Source of the DNA: Thermodesulfobacteriota bacterium
GTDB taxonomy: Bacteria > Desulfobacterota > Desulfarculia > JACQYL01
DNA: 64,000 nucleotides
Assembly (NCBI GenBank): GCA_963675595.2
Contig: CAXXLZ010000002.1
Span: forward strand, 1,728,001-1,792,000
Reading direction: 5' to 3'
Below are positions 11,967 through 20,016 of this stretch, in pieces; position 1 is the first letter of the stretch, and every line of letters begins with the position of its first letter. Position numbers and translations under genes: made by a program. Under the pieces are notes generated by a model that was not told the origin of the DNA, made no database searches, and saw nothing but the letters and a program-made list of their open reading frames with translations.

Positions 11967-12197
11967 CAACGGCCCGCTGAGCAAAGGTCGGCTGCCGGAA
12001 GCGGGAGAAAGACGACGACACGGAGTGCGTCGCAGCGACCCGAAACGAAACGCGACGTCCAGAAATCGCGCCTTTCAACAACGGCCCGCTGAGCAAAGGT
12101 CGGCTGCCGGAAGCGGGAGAAAGACGACGACACGGAGTGCGTCGCAGCGACCCGAAACGAAACGCGACGTCCGGAAATCGCGCTTTTCAACAGCCCG
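11967..12197. repeat. Tandem duplication (2 x 112 bp) of a degenerate short MITE-family element
   Basis: Units start at 11967 and 12079 and differ at 2 positions; 3' part GAGTGCGTCGCAGCGAC...ATCGCGCTTTTCAACAGCCCG aligns with the reverse complement of MITE copy 1. Confidence 0.85.
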
Positions 12198-12213
12198 GAA
12201 AAGGAGATTTCAG

Positions 12214-12684
12214 ATGACCAAAGAAGGTCGACAATTCAATAAAGATATCCTCATTGCGGTGGATGAATCCGAAAACTCGCACAGAGCCGTTGCCTACGTT
12301 GGATTCATGCTGGGCGGTTATGGGGATTTCAACGTAACGATTCTGCACATCATTGCGGATCCGGACGAAGATTTCTTTCCCTCGAAGGAGGAAAAGGACA
12401 AGTGGCTGGCCGGCCGGAAGGTCCGGATCGACACTTTGCTGGAAGAATACCGCGGCATCCTTGTGGCCTCCGGTTTCGATTCCGACAAAGTGCGGGTCCA
12501 TTCCACCCTGAAAGACTGCCCTTCCATGGCGGAATGCATCCTCGCCGAGTGGCAAAGCACGGAATACGGCACCATTGTGGTGGGCCGGCAAGGACTTTCC
12601 CGCAGCGAGCAATTCCTTTTCGGAAGCATCTCCAGTCGTATCGTCAACCATGCTCGAGATTGCACCGTCTGGGTCGTGGAGTGA
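12214..12684 (+). CDS. Universal stress protein (UspA family)
   Basis: ILIAVDESENS.RAV, IVVGRQGLS, FLFGSISSRIV; RBS AAGGAG. Confidence 0.9.
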   Translation: MTKEGRQFNKDILIAVDESENSHRAVAYVGFMLGGYGDFNVTILHIIADPDEDFFPSKEEKDKWLAGRKVRIDTLLEEYRGILVASGFDSDKVRVHSTLKDCPSMAECILAEWQSTEYGTIVVGRQGLSRSEQFLFGSISSRIVNHARDCTVWVVE

Positions 12685-12747
12685 TCCGCATCGATTGATT
12701 CCGAAACCCATGATGCCGTGGCGCTGCGATGAGTGCCCTCATATCTT

Positions 12748-12776
12748 TGATGGGAGCTTGTGAAGAGCTCCCATCA
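12748..12776 (+). terminator. Hairpin after usp gene (possible terminator)
   Basis: TGATGGGAGCT-N7-AGCTCCCATCA followed by TTGTTT. Confidence 0.5.
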
Positions 12777-12851
12777 TTGTTCCGGGCTAGGGATTCGTCC
12801 CTTCTCACGTGAACGATCGAAGGCGATCTTTGTTCTTGGTGAAGAGAATCC

Positions 12852-14243
12852 ATGACGTCTGTAATCCTGGTGGTCCTGTTCGTTTTGTGGATCAATTTCG
12901 CCCCTCCCCTCGCCCATCTTCTTCTGGGCGACCGTTTCCAAAGGCCGGTGGACGGGGGAAGGCGATGGCGGGACGGTCTACCTCTTCTGGGTCCTCATAA
13001 GACTCTCCGAGGCGTGTCGGCGGGACTTGCGGCCGGGTGCGTCGTCGCACCTTTCTTGGGAATGACTCTGTGGGAGGGGATCGGAGGTGCGGCCGCCGCC
13101 ATGACGGGAGACCTGATCTCCAGCTTCATCAAACGCAGGCTCAACCTGGCCAGCGGTCGCGCCTTCTTTCTGTTGGACCAGCTCTTCGAAGTGGCTTTGC
13201 CCGCCTCATATTTCTTCTTCCTGGGGCGTATTACTCCCGGGGAAGCCTATGCCGTCGTGATCATCTTCATACCCATCACCCATCTGGGCGCCTGGTTCTG
13301 GAAGGACGTGCTTCAACGCGCTCCCAAAGGGTATCCCCGCCGTCCCACTCCCATTTTGCGCCTCAAGGAATGGGTCTCCTGCAGCCCTCCCCTGGTCCCT
13401 TGGCATTTCTGGCTGAACTTGGGAAGCGTCCTTTATTACCGTGTCTTCATGAACGCGATCTTCAAAATTCTGGGAATCTACAAGACCGGAGAACGAAACG
13501 TTCTCCGGATTTCCGTCCAGGAGAGGACCTTACACTTCGAAGACCTTCCGGATGCCTTTGACGGTTATCGGATTCTGCTCTTGGTGGACCTTCACCTGGA
13601 CGGCCATCCGGGTTTGACCCGCCGACTCAGCGATATGCTGGAAAAATGGGAGGCGGACCTGTGCCTCATCGGAGGCGACATCCGGATGGAGACCTACGGT
13701 TCCGCAGGACCGGCTCTGTCCGCCCTCCGGGAAATCCTCGTGCACGTTCGTTCTCGAGACGGGCTTCTGGGAGTACTGGGCAACCACGACTGCGTCGAGA
13801 TGATCCCGGATCTGACCGCCGCGGGCGTCAACCTGCTCATCAACGATTCGGTGGACATCAGGCGCGGGGGAGAAACCATCTGGATCGTGGGCCTTGACGA
13901 TCCTCATTATTACAAGGCCCATGACCTGAGACAGGCCTTCAAACAGGTGCCGGAAAAGGCGTTTACCATTCTCGTCGCCCATACCCCGGAGGCGTACCGG
14001 GAGGCCGCGGCGTTCCACCCGAACCTCTACCTGTGCGGCCACACGCACGGCGGTCAGATATGTCTCGGCCACGGCGGACGTCCCGTGTTCACCCACTGCA
14101 GAGCCCCCCGAACCATGGCTGCGGGGGAATGGTCCTACGCCGGGATGAAAGGTTACACCAGCCGAGGGGTGGGCGCGTCGGGGCTGCCGCTGCGATTCAA
14201 TTGTCCGGGTGAAATCACCCTGCTCACCTTGAGACGTGGTTGA
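12852..14243 (+). CDS. Fusion of CDP-archaeol synthase-like (CarS/DUF46) domain and calcineurin-like metallophosphoesterase
   Basis: N-term NFAPP, PVDGGR..RDG..LLGPHKTLRG, GDLISSFIKRR, LLDQL; C-term DLH, GGD, GNHD, AHTPE, CGHTHGGQI, SRGVG, RFNCPGEI. Confidence 0.85.
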   Translation: MTSVILVVLFVLWINFAPPLAHLLLGDRFQRPVDGGRRWRDGLPLLGPHKTLRGVSAGLAAGCVVAPFLGMTLWEGIGGAAAAMTGDLISSFIKRRLNLASGRAFFLLDQLFEVALPASYFFFLGRITPGEAYAVVIIFIPITHLGAWFWKDVLQRAPKGYPRRPTPILRLKEWVSCSPPLVPWHFWLNLGSVLYYRVFMNAIFKILGIYKTGERNVLRISVQERTLHFEDLPDAFDGYRILLLVDLHLDGHPGLTRRLSDMLEKWEADLCLIGGDIRMETYGSAGPALSALREILVHVRSRDGLLGVLGNHDCVEMIPDLTAAGVNLLINDSVDIRRGGETIWIVGLDDPHYYKAHDLRQAFKQVPEKAFTILVAHTPEAYREAAAFHPNLYLCGHTHGGQICLGHGGRPVFTHCRAPRTMAAGEWSYAGMKGYTSRGVGASGLPLRFNCPGEITLLTLRRG

Positions 14244-14280
14244 GAGGCACGCGGGCGGTGTTCGAGTGCGGGTCGGGAGG

Positions 14281-14298
14281 TTGTGACAAATATCACAA
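14281..14298. promoter_or_regulatory. Rex-like (or CRP/FNR-like) palindromic operator upstream of hdrA-mvhD-metVF
   Basis: TTGTGACAAATATCACAA = TTGTGA-N6-TCACAA, 16/18 to the Rex consensus TTGTGAANNNNTTCACAA. Confidence 0.55.
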
Positions 14299-14722
14299 GA
14301 TACGCCGGTTTTCATCATGCGACGGGATACCCCTTACTTGGGGCATTTTTACTCAATTCGATGAGGGCGGCTTTCCCCGCTCATCGTAACCTGCGGTTCC
14401 AAAACAAGGAATCGGGCGAACCTCCGTCCCGGCTCTTGTCCGGCGGTAAGGGGCCGAATTGGGGAGAAATTATACTTGACTTCTTTTCGACGTTGTGTGA
14501 GTACTGATTTTCACAAGCCCTGTACACGGGGTGTATAGGAATGTCTAGAAGTGTGCCCGTTTAAACCCATGGTGCGCGCTTCCGTCGCAGGATCCTTCGC
14601 CGCGCCCCCGAACCTCGTTTGCGGTCCGTGTGTCGCTTCGCGAAAGCTTCCCGCTCGATAGATTCTTCTTCCCCAAAACCCCGTTAGCCTTCTTCAACAT
14701 CTAACCGGTTCGAGAACGAAAG

Positions 14723-17700
14723 ATGCCAGAAGAAAAGACATTTCAAGCCCAAGACAGCGTACTCGTGATCGGCGGCGGCGTCGGCGGCATCCAGGCCGCC
14801 ATCGACTTATCGGAATCGGGCAAGAATGTTCTGCTCGTGGATAAGGCGCCCGCCATCGGCGGTCTGATGACCCAACTGGACCGCACCTTTCCAACCAATA
14901 ACTGCGACATCTGTACCGTGTCCCCTCACCTATCCGAAACCGGCCGCAGCACGAGCTTCCAAATGCTCACCATGACCCGGGTTTCCGGACTCGAGGGTTC
15001 CGCCGGCGACTTCAGCGTGACGCTGAAGACCGCCCCCAGGTACATCGACCTGGAGAAATGCACGGCGTGCGGCGACTGTCTCAAGAACTTTCCCGACTGC
15101 GTCCGGTACGATCCGGGCCTGGATCATCGCGCACCCACCTGTATGCGCTATCCCAAGGCCACGCCCCAGGCGTACTCCATCGACATGGGAAAATGCTCCG
15201 ATGTCCAGGCTTTGGTCAACGTATGCAAGGCGGGAGCCATCATACCCGAGGACCAGGAAAAGTCCCGGCAGGTTGCGATGGGCTCCATCGTGCTCGCCCC
15301 CGGCGCCGCAATGTTCGATGCCGACAAGCTGGACACCTACGGACATGCCTTCTTTTCCAACGTGGTCACGGGTCTCGAATATGAGCGGATTCTTTCCGCC
15401 TCCGGCCCCACTTCCGGGCAACTGGTTCGGCCTTCCGACGGCGAACAACCCAAGAAAATCGCCTGGATCCAGTGTGTCGGTTCCAGAAACATCAACCAAG
15501 CGGACGTTCCCTACTGCAACAGCGTCTGCTGCATGTACGCCCTGAAGGAAGCCATCGTCACCAAGCAACGTTTCGGCGCCGACATCGAAACCGTCGTCTT
15601 CTACATGGACATGCGGACTTTCGGTAAGGACTACGAACGTTACTATCAGCGAGCCAAGAACGAAACCGGCATCCGTTTCGTCAATTGCCGACCTCACTCA
15701 GTGGACCGATGTGCCGGCACCGACAATCTGATGCTGTCCTATTTGCTCGAAGGCGAGAGCGTGCCCCAAACGGAAGAATTCGATATGGTCGTGCTCTCCA
15801 CGGGGTTCGTCATCCCCGAAGATGTGGCGGAACTCGGCCGAACCCTGGGTATTGAACTCAACGATCACCGATTCGCGTCCACTTCGAGCTTCTCCCCGGT
15901 GGCCTCTTCCAAAGCGGGGATCTACGTCTGCGGGCTTTTCGAAAGCCCCAAGGACATTCCCGAAACGCTGATCCAGGCGAGCGCCGCCGCTTGTCTCGCG
16001 GGTCAGGGCCTGCAGAATCGGGAGGAAATCAAGGTCCCGGTCCAACTAGACCGGCCGGAACGAGACGTGCTGGGTGAAGACCCCAACATCGGGGTGTTCG
16101 TCTTTGAATGCGGTTTCGGCAACGGTTCGGTAATGGATGCGGACGCGCTGGCCAAGTACGCCGCCGCCCTGCCCGGAGTTACCTTCTCGGCCAAGATGGG
16201 CCCCGCAATCAACCAAGAATCTCTGGCCTTCGTCGAGAAGACCATCCAGGAACGAAACCTGAACCGGGTCGTTATAGGGGCGGGCTCTCCGAGAACACAG
16301 GAGCCGCTGTTTCAGGAAACCCTGAAGCGAGCCGGCTTGAACAAGTATTTGCTGGAAATAGCCAACATCCAGGATCAGGGCGCGTGGGTCCATGAATCCG
16401 CCGCGGCGCAGGCCACTGAAAAAGGTAAGGATCTCATCCGTATGGCCGTGGCCTCCGTGGCTTTGGCCAGACCCCTTGAGGACCGGTCCTTTCCCGCCAA
16501 CAAAGACGTCCTGGTGGTGGGCGGCGGTGTCGCCGGTATGAACTCCGCTCTGGCTCTCGCTTCACAGGGCCGCAAAGTCACCTTGTTGGAACGTTCCGAC
16601 GAGCTCGGCGGAATCGCCGCCAATGTGTGCAAGACCCTGGAAGGCGAAGATGTCCGCGAATACATGAAGAGCCTGATTGATCAGGTTTCCGCTCATCAGG
16701 ATATCGAGGTGTTGACCGGCGCGCAGGTGGTGGATCATTCGGGTGTACCCGGCATGTTCCAGACCGGTGTGCGTCTGTCCCCCGACGGTTCCTACCGCAA
16801 AATCGAATACGGAGCCGGCATTCTGGCCACGGGAGCCTTGGCCAACCGACCCAAGGAATATCTCCTCGGCGACCATGATGCCGCCATGACCCAACTGAAA
16901 CTGGACCGATTCATCGAATCCGATCCCGACAAGATCAAGGGCTGGAAGAACGTGGTCATGATCCAGTGCGTCGGGTCCAGAGTTCCGGAGAATCCCAACT
17001 GCTCCAGAGTCTGTTGTCAGGCGGCGGTCAAGAATGCTCTGCGCATCAAGGAACTCAATCCCGATGCTCAGATCTTCGTTCTGAATCGGGACGTGCGCAC
17101 CTACGGGTTCCAGGAGGATTATTATCGCAAGGCCCGGGAACGGGGTGTCGTGTTCGTACGTTACTCGGTGGACGCAAAACCGGTGGTCAGCGCCCAAGGA
17201 GAAACGATCCAGGTGGAATTCACGGACCCGATCCTTTCCAAACCCGTCAAAGTCGCAGCCGACTGCTTGGCGTTAAGCACCGGGTTCCTCGCCGACACGG
17301 AAGGCAACAGCGAGCTCGCCAGGATTTTCCGGCTTCCCATGACGGAAGACGGATATCTCTTGGAAGAGCACATCAAACTTCGTCCGACGGACTTGCCTAC
17401 CCCCGGCTTCTTCATCGCCGGCGCGGCTCATGCACCCAAGCTGATCCGTGAGAGCATCGCCCAGGCACAAGCCGCCGCCGGACGCGCCCTCACCGTTCTT
17501 GCCAAAGACACCATCACGGTGGGAGCGTCCTACGCCGAAGTGGAAAGCGAAAAATGCGCCGCCTGTCTCATCTGTGTGAGGGCTTGTCCCTTTGACGTTC
17601 CGGTAATCTCGGGCGGCTATTCCTTCATCGATCCGGCCAAGTGTCACGGGTGCGGAGTCTGCGTGGCCGAATGTCCCGCAAAAGCGATCCAGCTCATGCA

Positions 17701-17758
17701 GTTCGAAGATGACCGGATCATGGCCAAATTGGATGGACTCCTGGAAGGAAGGGTATGA
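14723..17758 (+). CDS. hdrA: Heterodisulfide reductase subunit A-like flavoprotein (two FAD modules, 1011 aa)
   Basis: Two GGGxxG FAD motifs, LDRTFPTNNCDIC, two QCVGSR..C..VCC motifs, C-terminal 2x[4Fe-4S] (CAACLICVRACP, CHGCGVCVAECP). Confidence 0.93.
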   Translation: MPEEKTFQAQDSVLVIGGGVGGIQAAIDLSESGKNVLLVDKAPAIGGLMTQLDRTFPTNNCDICTVSPHLSETGRSTSFQMLTMTRVSGLEGSAGDFSVTLKTAPRYIDLEKCTACGDCLKNFPDCVRYDPGLDHRAPTCMRYPKATPQAYSIDMGKCSDVQALVNVCKAGAIIPEDQEKSRQVAMGSIVLAPGAAMFDADKLDTYGHAFFSNVVTGLEYERILSASGPTSGQLVRPSDGEQPKKIAWIQCVGSRNINQADVPYCNSVCCMYALKEAIVTKQRFGADIETVVFYMDMRTFGKDYERYYQRAKNETGIRFVNCRPHSVDRCAGTDNLMLSYLLEGESVPQTEEFDMVVLSTGFVIPEDVAELGRTLGIELNDHRFASTSSFSPVASSKAGIYVCGLFESPKDIPETLIQASAAACLAGQGLQNREEIKVPVQLDRPERDVLGEDPNIGVFVFECGFGNGSVMDADALAKYAAALPGVTFSAKMGPAINQESLAFVEKTIQERNLNRVVIGAGSPRTQEPLFQETLKRAGLNKYLLEIANIQDQGAWVHESAAAQATEKGKDLIRMAVASVALARPLEDRSFPANKDVLVVGGGVAGMNSALALASQGRKVTLLERSDELGGIAANVCKTLEGEDVREYMKSLIDQVSAHQDIEVLTGAQVVDHSGVPGMFQTGVRLSPDGSYRKIEYGAGILATGALANRPKEYLLGDHDAAMTQLKLDRFIESDPDKIKGWKNVVMIQCVGSRVPENPNCSRVCCQAAVKNALRIKELNPDAQIFVLNRDVRTYGFQEDYYRKARERGVVFVRYSVDAKPVVSAQGETIQVEFTDPILSKPVKVAADCLALSTGFLADTEGNSELARIFRLPMTEDGYLLEEHIKLRPTDLPTPGFFIAGAAHAPKLIRESIAQAQAAAGRALTVLAKDTITVGASYAEVESEKCAACLICVRACPFDVPVISGGYSFIDPAKCHGCGVCVAECPAKAIQLMQFEDDRIMAKLDGLLEGRV

Positions 17759-18186
17759 TGGAACAATTCGAACCTATGATCGTGGCATTTTGCTGCCAGT
17801 ATTGTGCGTATACCGCGGCTGATACCGCCGGCTCGGAGAAGCTCTCGTATCCGCCCAACCTGCGCATCGTCCGCGTGCCCTGCACGGGAAAGGTGGACAC
17901 CATGCACCTGATGCGGGCCTTTCAGAAGGGAGCCGACGGTGTCTGGGTCGTGAGTTGTCTCGAAGGAGATTGCCACTTCAAGGACGGTAACGTCAAAGCG
18001 GATCACCGCGTGGCCCACGTGAGAAAACTTCTGAAAGAGATCGGCGTCGGCGAAGATCGCCTCGAAATCGTCTCCTTTTCCGCTGGGATGGGAGACCGTT
18101 TTGCTCAGTCCGCTACGGACTTTACTGAGCGGATTCGCCAACTGGGTCCCAACCCGGTTCAGGGCGGCTCCCAAGCGGCTGCCTGA
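17755..18186 (+). CDS. mvhD: Methyl viologen-reducing hydrogenase delta subunit-like [2Fe-2S] protein
   Basis: FCCQYCAYTAAD, RVPCTGKVD, GADGV, CLEGDCHF..GN. Confidence 0.93.
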   Translation: MMEQFEPMIVAFCCQYCAYTAADTAGSEKLSYPPNLRIVRVPCTGKVDTMHLMRAFQKGADGVWVVSCLEGDCHFKDGNVKADHRVAHVRKLLKEIGVGEDRLEIVSFSAGMGDRFAQSATDFTERIRQLGPNPVQGGSQAAA

Positions 18187-18212
18187 CGGCGTACCAAAGG
18201 AGATCGACTAAT

Positions 18213-18881
18213 ATGATCACCGCTGAACGTAAACCAATGGATGAACTCATCGCTTGCGTGGAGCCCTACAAGAAGATTCTCCTCGTGGGCTGCAATGAAT
18301 GCGTGACCGTTTGCGCCGCCGGCGGACGCAAAGAAGTGGCGATACTCGCATCCGCCCTGCAGATGGCCATGAAAATGAAAGGCAAAGACCTTCAGGTAAA
18401 GGAACTCACACTGGAACGCCAGTGTGATCCGGAATACGTTGAAGAGCTCGCCCAGGAAATCAAGGATGCCGACGCCGTGCTCTCCATGGCCTGTGGTTGC
18501 GGGGTGCAGGAAGTGGCCATGAGATACAGAAACACGCCCGTTTTTCCGGCCGTGAACACCGGATTCATGGGAGCTTCCGAGCGGCAGGGCGTTTGGGCCG
18601 AACGTTGCCAGGGTTGCGGCGATTGCGTTCTGGGCATCACCGGCGGCATCTGTCCGGTGGCCCGCTGCTCCAAGCGGCTCCTCAACGGACCCTGCGGTGG
18701 TTCCACCAAAGGAAAATGCGAAATTAGTCCGGATGTGGATTGCGCCTGGCAGTTGATCTGGGATAGACTGGTGGCGCTCGGTATGCAGGATCGCTACGAG
18801 GAGATCATGGAGGCCAAGGACTGGAGAACAAGTCGAGACGGCGGGCCCCGCAAGATCGTTAGAGAGGACATGAGCGCATGA
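18213..18881 (+). CDS. metV: Methylene-THF reductase small (Zn/Fe-S) subunit MetV
   Basis: GCNECVTVC, RQCD, ACGCGVQ, CQGCGDC, CPVARCSK.LLNGPCGG, DCAW. Confidence 0.92.
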   Translation: MITAERKPMDELIACVEPYKKILLVGCNECVTVCAAGGRKEVAILASALQMAMKMKGKDLQVKELTLERQCDPEYVEELAQEIKDADAVLSMACGCGVQEVAMRYRNTPVFPAVNTGFMGASERQGVWAERCQGCGDCVLGITGGICPVARCSKRLLNGPCGGSTKGKCEISPDVDCAWQLIWDRLVALGMQDRYEEIMEAKDWRTSRDGGPRKIVREDMSA

Positions 18882-19804
18882 AAACCGACAGTGTCATTGA
18901 AAAAATCCTGGAATCGGGACAGATGGTCGTCACTTCGGAGTGCGGCCCCCCGAGGGGTTCCGACCCCAAGAAGGTCGAGGAAAAGGCCGAACTTTTGCGC
19001 GGCTCCGTCGACGCCATCAACGTGACGGATAATCAGACCGCCGTGGTCCGCATGTCCAGTTGGGCTGCCTGTATCATGCTTAAGCAGATGGGGCTCAACC
19101 CCATTCTTCAGATGGTTACCCGAGACCGCAACCGGCTCGCCATGCAGTCGGACATCCTCGGCGCCTACGCCCACGGGGTCAACTCCATGCTGTGCCTGTC
19201 CGGGGATCATCCCCGGTTCGGCGACCACCCCATGGCCTGCAACGTCTACGACCTGGACTCCATGCAGCTCATTCAAACCGTTTATAAAATGCGCGAAGAA
19301 GGCAAGTTCCAGGGCGGCGAAGACATACAAGTGCCTCCCAAGATGTTCATCGGAGCTGCGGCCAACCCCTTCGCCGATCCCTTCGAGCTACGCGTGGCGC
19401 GTTTGGCCAAAAAGGTCAAAGCCGGTGTGGACTTCATCCAAACCCAGTGCATCTACAACATCGACAAGTTCGAGCGCTGGATGGAAGGGGTACGGGAAAG
19501 AGGATTGCACGAGAAAGTCGCCATCCTTGCCGGTGTCACTCCCATGAAATCCGCCGGTATGGCCAAGTACATGAAGAACAAAGTTCCCGGCATGGACGTT
19601 CCGGACGACGTGGTCAAGCGTTTGACCGGAGTGGCCAAAGGCGATCAGGCCAAAGAAGGCATTAAGATGTGCATCGAAACCATCCAGCGCCTCAAGGAAA
19701 TCAAGGGCGTGCGCGGTTTCCACATCATGGCCATCGAATGGGAACAAAAAGTTCCGGAGATCGTTGAAGCCGCCGGGCTTCTTCCGCGTCCCAAAATCGA
19801 CTGA
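18878..19804 (+). CDS. metF: Methylenetetrahydrofolate reductase large subunit MetF
   Basis: E..PPRG, AINVTDN, RDRNR, GDHP, KKVKAGVDFIQTQ; ATGA overlap with metV. Confidence 0.95.
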   Translation: MKTDSVIEKILESGQMVVTSECGPPRGSDPKKVEEKAELLRGSVDAINVTDNQTAVVRMSSWAACIMLKQMGLNPILQMVTRDRNRLAMQSDILGAYAHGVNSMLCLSGDHPRFGDHPMACNVYDLDSMQLIQTVYKMREEGKFQGGEDIQVPPKMFIGAAANPFADPFELRVARLAKKVKAGVDFIQTQCIYNIDKFERWMEGVRERGLHEKVAILAGVTPMKSAGMAKYMKNKVPGMDVPDDVVKRLTGVAKGDQAKEGIKMCIETIQRLKEIKGVRGFHIMAIEWEQKVPEIVEAAGLLPRPKID

Positions 19805-19827
19805 TCAAATACTCGGATAAAACGAAC

Positions 19828-19872
19828 ACGCCGCGCAAGCGCCCTTTCATGGGTGCCTGTGCGGCGTTTTTA
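19828..19872 (+). terminator. Rho-independent terminator after metF
   Basis: ACGCCGCGCAAGCGCCC-tttcat-GGGTGCCTGTGCGGCGT followed by TTTT; lies between convergent genes. Confidence 0.7.
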
Positions 19873-20016
19873 TCGTTGGTTCCTTGTTGTCGCGTCGTCG
19901 AACGCGAGAGAATCCACTGTTTTCTAAGGCCGTTCGGTTCCGCGTAGGGCTTGCCGTGGATCCGGAGGTGCACTCTCAAGCGTTCCGAGGCCTCTCGGAT
20001 TCATGCCGGATAATTG

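Noticed and set aside
11967-12197. CRISPR array, or N-terminal extension of the USP (ORF 12025..12684)
   Set aside because: Contiguous 112-bp units without spacers that are homologous to the MITE; the USP has its own RBS and ATG at 12214
14723-18186. Selenocysteine recoding in hdrA or mvhD
   Set aside because: Both frames are open with no in-frame TGA; Cys occupies the usual positions in MvhD
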